The notes under the pieces: model-generated
Databases searched by the model: none
Told to the model about the DNA's origin: nothing
What the model saw: the letters and a program-made list of their open reading frames with translations, nothing else
DNA from: a virus
Lineage: Duplodnaviria > Heunggongvirae > Uroviricota > Caudoviricetes
Strand: one strand, 5' to 3'
Virus record (IMG/VR): IMGVR_UViG_2695420380_000014
Location: 1 to 4,073 of that record
Length of the DNA: 4,073 nucleotides
Made by a program: the position numbers and the translations under genes
Shown here: piece after piece, positions 1 through 4,073 of the stretch
How the letters are laid out: each line of letters starts with the position of its first letter
Numbering within the stretch: the stretch's first letter is position 1

Positions 1-40
1 ACTGCGAGTGATGAATAAATGTCCCAGGTTCTTCACTCAG

Positions 41-70
41 GCCTGCACAGTGTGCAGGCTTTCTTTTTTT
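41..70 (+). terminator. Rho-independent terminator candidate for a plus-strand gene ending at or before position 18
   Basis: Near-perfect palindrome gcctgcaca-g-tgtgcaggc (41-59) followed on the plus strand by the T-rich run tttcttttttt (60-70). An open frame ends at TAA 16-18 (last codons T-A-S-D-E), about 22 nt upstream. On the minus strand the hairpin is not followed by a U-tract. Confidence 0.55.
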
Positions 71-195
71 CAGATTTCACCTACAACAGTGGCTTCATAA
101 CTGGTAATCATGTTTTTCTCCTTAATTAAGGTTGAGCGAACCCCTGCCATTGCTGGCATATAAGAATGAAACCGGATATTTATTACGGAACTGTT

Positions 196-387
196 TTAAA
201 GACCTGCCGGGATTTCGTTATTATCATGGTGAATAACTTTATCGACCGGATAACAGTCACCGGGAATTTTCTGTTTCGCTGCGGCAGTCATACATTCTTT
301 CATTGAGCTGTATACGCCAGTAACCATGTCAACCGGTTCACCGGAAACAAGAAAAACCGTCAGAACGAGTGCAAATACTGTATTCAT
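196..387 (-). CDS. Small hypothetical protein (63 aa) with hydrophobic N-terminal segment (signal peptide or membrane anchor) and two Cys
   Basis: ATG at 385-387 preceded by AAGGA with 8-nt spacing. The start overlaps the stop of the upstream ORF in an ATGA arrangement. Translation MNTVFALVLTVFLVSGEPVD... has an uncharged hydrophobic N-terminus, then a polar domain with Cys in KECM and GDCY. Stop TAA at 196-198. The frame is also open back to ATG 441, but that start has a poorly spaced SD. Confidence 0.5.
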   Translation of the reverse strand: MNTVFALVLTVFLVSGEPVDMVTGVYSSMKECMTAAAKQKIPGDCYPVDKVIHHDNNEIPAGL

Positions 388-572
388 TGTGCACATCCTT
401 TTGGCATCAGACGTAAACGAGCCAGCATTGAAACAATGCATATTTTATTTAATGACTCCCGTTCGTGTTTTCTCTTGTTAATGGCATCTTCAGTAAATAC
501 CGTGTTACTGATAGTGACACCAATTTCAAAACAACCTTCAGACGTATTAACGTTTGGTAATAACGTCTCCAT
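384..572 (-). CDS. Small hypothetical protein (62 aa), hydrophilic and basic, first gene of a two-gene coupled pair
   Basis: ATG 570-572 preceded by GAGGA about 8 nt upstream. It lies 10 nt downstream of the stop of the Rha 3' fragment. Stop TGA 384-386 overlaps the next ATG. No recognisable domain by eye. Confidence 0.45.
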   Translation of the reverse strand: METLLPNVNTSEGCFEIGVTISNTVFTEDAINKRKHERESLNKICIVSMLARLRLMPKGCAQ

Positions 573-582
573 TATTGCGTCC

Positions 583-678
583 TCAACAATGAATTTTGAG
601 TAATTGTTCCACAGTCATATTTTTAATTGCGCCCCGGTTAACAAGAGTCCATCCCTGTTCTTCCAGATAAAACCGGAA
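583..678 (-). pseudogene. Orphaned 3' end (31 codons) of a Rha-family phage regulatory gene, cut off from its 5' part by the IS1/IS3 block
   Basis: Minus-strand translation FRFYLEEQGWTLVNRGAIKNMTVEQLLKIHC* is in frame with, and nearly identical to, the C-terminal region of the Rha-like CDS at 2333-2917. The frame is broken at the IS1 left end (679/680). Confidence 0.7.
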
Positions 679-679
679 A
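599..679. repeat. 81-bp direct repeat, copy 1 (abuts IS1 left end)
   Basis: Read base by base against 2382-2462: identical except position 660 (c) versus 2443 (t). The next base (680 and 2463) is g in both copies, so the repeat could be counted as 82 bp. Confidence 0.9.
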
Positions 680-702
680 GGTGATGCTGCCAACTTACTG
701 AT
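680..702. repeat. IS1 left terminal inverted repeat (IRL)
   Basis: GGTGATGCTGCCAACTTACTGAT at the left boundary of the element; imperfect inverted match to 1425-1447. Confidence 0.9.
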
Positions 703-734
703 TTAGTGTATGATGGTGTTTTTGAGGTGCTCCA

Positions 735-1010
735 GTGGCTTCTGTTTCTATCAGCTGTCCCTCCTGTTCAGCTACTGACGGGGTGGTGCGTAACGGCAAA
801 AGCACTGCCGGACATCAGCGCTATCTCTGCTCTCACTGCCGTAAAACATGGCAACTGCAGTTCACTTACACCGCTTCTCAACCCGGTACGCACCAGAAAA
901 TCATTGATATGGCCATGAATGGCGTTGGATGCCGGGCAACTGCACGCATTATGGGCGTTGGCCTCAACACGATTTTACGTCACTTAAAAAACTCAGGCCG
1001 CAGTCGGTAA
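735..1010 (+). CDS. insA: IS1 InsA (transposition repressor / N-terminal part of InsAB' transposase), 91 aa
   Basis: Translation [43 protein letters not shown]...LKNSGRSR matches IS1 InsA as I recall it, including the zinc-finger-like CxxC...CxxC and the HTH region. Confidence 0.95.
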
Positions 1011-1432
1011 CCTCGCGCATACAGCCGGGCAGTGACGTCATCGTCTGCGCGGAAATGGACGAACAGTGGGGCTATGTCGGGGCTAAATCGCGCCAGCGCT
1101 GGCTGTTTTACGCGTATGACAGTCTCCGGAAGACGGTTGTTGCGCACGTATTCGGTGAACGCACTATGGCGACGCTGGGGCGTCTTATGAGCCTGCTGTC
1201 ACCCTTTGACGTGGTGATATGGATGACGGATGGCTGGCCGCTGTATGAATCCCGCCTGAAGGGAAAGCTGCACGTAATCAGCAAGCGATATACGCAGCGA
1301 ATTGAGCGGCATAACCTGAATCTGAGGCAGCACCTGGCACGGCTGGGACGGAAGTCGCTGTCGTTCTCAAAATCGGTGGAGCTGCATGACAAAGTCATCG
1401 GGCATTATCTGAACATAAAACACTATCAATAA
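929..1432 (+). CDS. insB: IS1 InsB frame (167 aa as conventionally annotated; expressed as InsAB' fusion by -1 frameshifting)
   Basis: Translation [53 protein letters not shown]...HYLNIKHYQ matches IS1 InsB. It overlaps the insA 3' end in the -1 frame. Confidence 0.95.
986..992 (+). other. IS1 programmed -1 ribosomal frameshift motif (AAAAAAC)
   Basis: A6C heptamer inside ttaaaaaactc near the end of insA, at the position where IS1 produces the InsAB' transposase. Confidence 0.8.
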
Positions 1433-1447
1433 GTTGGAGTCATTACC
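1425..1447. repeat. IS1 right terminal inverted repeat (IRR)
   Basis: ...ATCAATAAGTTGGAGTCATTACC; its reverse complement GGTAATGACTCCAACTTATTGAT is an imperfect match to the IRL. Confidence 0.9.
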
Positions 1448-2336
1448 ATTTTGCACAGGAGTCGCTGAAAAATACGCGTTAATCGAACAATGGCGACAAC
1501 AATTTCCCATTGAAGCGATGTGTCAGGTATTTGGTGTATCCAGGAGCGGTTATTACAACTGGGTACAGCATGAACCCTCAGACAGAAAACAAAGTGATGA
1601 GCGGCTAAAACTGGAGATTAAGGTGGCACATATCCGCACTCGCGAAACATATGGAACCCGGCGGCTCCAGACGGAGCTGGCAGAGAATGGCATCATCGTT
1701 GGTCGTGACCGACTGGCACGTCTTCGTAAGGAGCTAAGGCTACGCTGTAAGCAGAAACGCAAGTTCAGAGCGACTACGAACTCGAACCACAATCTGCCAG
1801 TTGCGCCAAATCTGCTGAACCAGACGTTCGCTCCTACAGCACCAAATCAGGTCTGGGTGGCGGACCTGACGTATGTTGCCACACAGGAGGGATGGTTGTA
1901 CCTCGCTGGCATCAAAGATGTTTATACGTGCGAAATTGTCGGCTACGCCATGGGAGAGCGCATGACAAAAGAGCTGACAGGTAAAGCCCTGTTTATGGCG
2001 CTCAGGAGCCAGCGCCCACCTGCCGGGCTAATCCACCACTCTGATCGAGGTTCACAGTACTGCGCATACGATTACCGGGTCATACAGGAGCAGTCTGGTC
2101 TGAAAACATCAATGTCGCGTAAAGGTAACTGTTACGACAACGCTCCGATGGAAAGCTTCTGGGGAACGCTGAAAAATGAGAGCCTGAGCCACTATCGTTT
2201 TAATAACCGGGATGAAGCCATCTCAGTAATACGGGAATACATTGAGATTTTCTACAATCGTCAGCGTCGTCACTCTCGTCTGGGGAATATCTCCCCGGCA
2301 GCCTTCAGGGAAAAATATCATCAGATGGCTGCTTAA
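1448..2336 (+). pseudogene. IS3-family transposase OrfB (DDE integrase catalytic domain), 5'-truncated, lacking orfA and the frameshift window
   Basis: Translation from 1448 (...AEKYALIEQWRQQFPIEAMCQVFGVSRSGYYNW...) parallels the N-terminus of IS3 InsF as recalled ([32 protein letters not shown]). DDE motifs are visible: VWVADLTY, HSDRGSQY, ESFWGTLKNE. The only in-window start for this frame is a TTG at 1434, which lies inside the IS1 IRR. Stop TAA at 2334-2336. Confidence 0.85.
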
Positions 2337-2379
2337 AAAAAGAACAAATGGTAGTGTCCGCTATTGCCAGTACACCTCA
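1448..2379 (+). mobile_element. IS3-family insertion sequence remnant (right part only: orfB plus right end); left end and orfA replaced by IS1
   Basis: Begins immediately after the IS1 IRR. Encodes an rve-type DDE transposase frame. After the orfB stop there are about 40 bp ending in ...CCTCA (2375-2379), consistent with the CA-3' terminus typical of IS3-family ends. The exact right boundary (2377-2381) is uncertain. No IS3-type left end or orfA is present in the window. Confidence 0.8.
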
Positions 2380-2917
2380 AAAGTAATTGTTCCACAGTCA
2401 TATTTTTAATTGCGCCCCGGTTAACAAGAGTCCATCCCTGTTTTTCCAGATAAAACCGGAAAGTCTCCAGGGTACAGACCAGTGCGCCATCAGGAACGGT
2501 TTCGGTGAATTCGACATTGCCGAATTTGTCGAAGTGAACAACCAGAGTGCGACCATCACCCGGAATCATCTTGTCAGCAGGTGGGGTGTTATTCTGGCGC
2601 AGTTCGGCCTCCATGCGGTCGAACTCAGCAATGTAGGCTTCTTTGAATGCAGCGGCTTTTTTGCCAGTGAAGCCCATAACCAGGAAAACGAAGCCGTTTT
2701 TGGTGATTTGGTACATTGGGAGTTTGCGCCCGATTGAGTCGGTGTATTCGCTCGCTTCAAAATTGAGGGCAGTAAATTTATCTGAGCATTCAATATTTGC
2801 GATGGCACGTAACACATTGTCGTGTCGTTTGTGGAAGAACTCTGCAACCGCAACAGACGTAGTGACAGCGCGACCGTTTTCTACGGTTACACAAGGGTGA
2901 GAAAGGGTAGTAGCCAT
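2333..2917 (-). CDS. Rha-family phage regulatory protein (Phage_pRha-like N-terminal domain), with its native C-terminal 4 residues replaced by a 15-residue tail read from the IS3-family end
   Basis: ATG 2915-2917 preceded by GGAGG with about 8-nt spacing. The N-terminal region ...CVTVENGRAVTTSVAVAEFFHKRHDNVLRAIANI... carries the FxKRHDNVLR motif I associate with Rha-family regulators. The frame runs into the IS end (...MTVEQLL|LRCTGNSGHYHLFFF*). The frame is also open upstream to ATG 3211 (see findings). Confidence 0.75.
   Translation of the reverse strand: MATTLSHPCVTVENGRAVTTSVAVAEFFHKRHDNVLRAIANIECSDKFTALNFEASEYTDSIGRKLPMYQITKNGFVFLVMGFTGKKAAAFKEAYIAEFDRMEAELRQNNTPPADKMIPGDGRTLVVHFDKFGNVEFTETVPDGALVCTLETFRFYLEKQGWTLVNRGAIKNMTVEQLLLRCTGNSGHYHLFFF
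2382..2462. repeat. 81-bp direct repeat, copy 2 (abuts IS3-family right end; part of the Rha-like CDS)
   Basis: Identical to 599-679 except one base (2443 t versus 660 c). Confidence 0.9.
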
Positions 2918-3081
2918 GATGGCAGCCTCCGCGATGAATTTGATTAACTCACCACCGGAGGTAGCAATCTCATGGGTGGTGAGACGTACAGGGTTGCTAC
3001 AACCGGTCATCACGGAACCCGGCCAGTCTTGCGACTGCCCCGCACGCCCCACCATAATTTGAATGTGGCTGTGCATTACGC

Positions 3082-3106
3082 ATAAAAAAACCGCCTGAGC
3101 GCGGTT
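3082..3106 (-). terminator. Intrinsic terminator-like hairpin on the minus strand, upstream of the Rha start
   Basis: Minus-strand sequence aaccgc-gctcag-gcggtt (6-bp stem, 6-nt loop) followed by seven T (plus-strand A-run 3084-3090). It lies inside the stop-free region between ATG 3211 and ATG 2917. Confidence 0.5.
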
Positions 3107-3275
3107 ATGCGCCGTGAATGACTTCGGGGTAGCAATCCCGGCACCCGTTTTATGAGGTGCAGGTGCACTATAATTCCACCCGTTCTGGTTTTCAATAGCT
3201 ACATTCAACATTTTCTCTTTCCTTTCATCACCGAAGTGAACTTTGTTGATGCGGTGCCTGGTGCCTCCAGGTGAC

Positions 3276-3296
3276 GTTAACCAGTTAACAATTAAC
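3276..3296. promoter_or_regulatory. Cluster of three (G)TTAAC motifs; candidate operator or protein-binding site in the divergent intergenic region
   Basis: GTTAAC-ca-GTTAAC-aa-TTAAC, with repeats starting at 3276, 3284 and 3292. Each GTTAAC is self-palindromic. It lies between the minus-strand Rha region and the plus-strand small gene. Confidence 0.3.
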
Positions 3297-3612
3297 GCCG
3301 GAATAAGGGATTTTCCTTACTGTTTTAACTGTTCCGCGTGCGCTGAGCCGCATTCACCGCATCACAAAATTCACTTTAAAAAGGGCGGACATCAGCCAGC
3401 AATTAAACCGATGCCGCCAACTGGTACTTCACACAGCAATGTCGTTATTTACAACCGGAGGCGCACTCCCACCATTTAAATTTAACAGACAAGACCGACT
3501 CTTTATGGATACCGGAAATGCGCCTTCGTGTTGTGCCCGGTTTTATTTCACCACCTCCGGGCTTTGGTGGTATCTTTACTGAAGTTCTCACACAACCAGT
3601 AAGGAAATGAAT

Positions 3613-3903
3613 ATGCCAACGTATCTCGCCAGAGTAGAACTATATAATGCTGAGCCAGAGGATTACGAAGGGCTTCATAAATATATGCTCTCACTAGGAT
3701 TCAGGAGAACGATCCCCCATGGAGATGGTTCGTATAATCAACTCCCGGACGGAACTTATGTTTCCGAAAAGGGCGGTGATATTTATCAAATTCGCAGCCA
3801 GATATCTGACTATGCAGACCGACTATCCAGGTATCGCGCGTCTGTTTTTGTTTGCGAATTCAGTCAATGCGCATGGTATTTATACCCCGCCAAGACCCGG
3901 TGA
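3613..3903 (+). CDS. Small hypothetical protein (96 aa), tentatively GhoS/DUF2622-like
   Basis: AAGGA at 3601-3605, 7 nt before ATG 3613 (the ATG at 3607 is too close to the SD). Translation MPTYLARVELYNAEPEDYEGLHKYMLSLGFRRTIPHGDGSYNQLPDGTYV... shows by eye a residue pattern (TY...Y....L...M....F...I....G...QL) resembling E. coli GhoS as I recall it. This is a memory-based resemblance only. Stop TGA 3901-3903. Confidence 0.5.
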   Translation: MPTYLARVELYNAEPEDYEGLHKYMLSLGFRRTIPHGDGSYNQLPDGTYVSEKGGDIYQIRSQISDYADRLSRYRASVFVCEFSQCAWYLYPAKTR

Positions 3904-4073
3904 ATATCCTGTACGGCCTTCTGCTTTGTAGAAGGCTTCTTCGCTATCATAATCGCCAGATTCCAGCGCTTCTTTAGCCAGCCAGATGCGTGCCCCAGTG
4001 CCTGCATTTGGCTCCAGTTGCTGGAGGCGTTTTGCATCTTCTAAATAGCTGCGCTTAATACCGCTACACTTTT
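3880..4073 (-). CDS. 3' end (64 codons) of a hypothetical protein gene that extends beyond the right edge of the window
   Basis: The minus-strand frame is open from the window edge to TAA at 3880-3882: ...KCSGIKRSYLEDAKRLQQLEPNAGTGARIWLAKEALESGDYDSEEAFYKAEGRTGYSPGLGGV*. It overlaps the 3' end of the plus-strand small gene by 24 bp. No family recognised. Confidence 0.45.
   Translation of the reverse strand, partial: KCSGIKRSYLEDAKRLQQLEPNAGTGARIWLAKEALESGDYDSEEAFYKAEGRTGYSPGLGGV

Larger units (their letters stand above)
680..1447 (+). mobile_element. IS1 insertion sequence, complete (768 bp)
   Basis: Starts GGTGATGCTGCCAACTTACTGAT and ends ...ATCAATAAGTTGGAGTCATTACC, the characteristic approximately 23-bp imperfect terminal inverted repeats. 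Contains insA and insB frames and the A6C frameshift motif. Length is exactly 768 bp. Identified from memory of the IS1 sequence. Confidence 0.97.

Noticed and set aside
1-18. Tail of a plus-strand gene ending at TAA 16-18
   Set aside because: Only five codons are visible, too little to annotate as a CDS. It is used only as support for the plus-strand terminator call at 41-70.
706-918. 70-aa plus-strand ORF overlapping the start of IS1
   Set aside because: It lies in an alternative frame over the IS1 left end and insA. IS1 coding content is well established as insA/insB, so this is a chance open frame.
1108-1398. 96-aa minus-strand ORF inside IS1
   Set aside because: Antisense to insB, with no recognisable product and Ser/Arg/Cys-rich composition typical of antisense frames.
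671-1456. Expected 9-bp target-site duplication flanking IS1
   Set aside because: The flanks are aaccggaaa (671-679) and attttgcac (1448-1456), which do not match. The right flank is IS3-family sequence, so no target duplication is present.
1553-1792. 79-aa minus-strand ORF inside the IS3-family orfB
   Set aside because: Antisense to a clearly coding DDE transposase frame, with Arg/Ser-rich low-complexity translation.
599-2462. Possibility that the 81-bp repeats are a CRISPR array or part of the IS inverted repeats
   Set aside because: There are only two copies, 1.7 kb apart and in direct orientation. Both are continuous in frame with flanking Rha coding sequence, so they are duplicated host sequence.
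2387-2900. Three overlapping ORFs (2387-2737 plus, 2566-2853 minus, 2643-2900 plus) within the Rha-like gene
   Set aside because: All overlap the Rha-family CDS in other frames or on the opposite strand. The Rha frame has the SD-preceded start and the recognisable motif; the others have neither.
2918-3211. N-terminal extension of the Rha ORF to the ATG at 3211 (292-aa version from the ORF track)
   Set aside because: Not annotated as the CDS start because the Rha-type domain begins right after Met 2917, which has a strong GGAGG SD, and because a terminator-like hairpin lies inside the extension. Kept as a finding rather than dismissed.
3243-3479. 78-aa plus-strand ORF in the divergent intergenic region
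   Set aside because: It starts with TTG, has no Shine-Dalgarno, and its Pro/His/Cys-rich translation looks non-protein-like. It overlaps the TTAAC repeat cluster and is more likely regulatory DNA.
3535-3580. Stem-loops upstream of the GhoS-like gene read as a plus-strand terminator
   Set aside because: The stems are short and are followed by only a weak, interrupted T-run. They are better treated as possible 5' UTR structure than as a terminator.
3719-3931. 70-aa plus-strand ORF overlapping the GhoS-like gene
   Set aside because: Alternative frame inside the better-supported 3613-3903 CDS, with no RBS.

Overview
This 4,073-bp window is a mosaic of insertion sequences inside a prophage-like accessory region of an enterobacterial (E. 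coli/Shigella-type) genome. A complete IS1 (680-1447, insA/insB) directly abuts a 5'-truncated IS3-family element, of which only the orfB DDE-transposase frame and right end remain (1448 to about 2379). This IS block sits inside a Rha-family phage regulator gene (minus strand). The last 81 bp of that gene are present twice, once against the IS1 left end (599-679) and once against the IS3 right end (2382-2462), with one mismatch, and IS1 has no 9-bp target duplication. To the left is a translationally coupled pair of small ORFs (62 aa and 63 aa, minus strand) and a plus-strand intrinsic terminator. To the right are a terminator-like hairpin embedded in the Rha upstream region, an approximately 400-bp divergent intergenic region with a TTAAC repeat cluster, a small plus-strand gene that I tentatively read as GhoS/DUF2622-like with no toxin partner, and the 3' end of a convergent minus-strand ORF that runs off the window. 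No rRNA, tRNA or CRISPR array was seen. All family assignments are from reading the translations and recalling motifs; no database search was run. I found no single clearly novel system; the strongest candidates are the small two-gene module, the orphan GhoS-like gene and the structured Rha leader.
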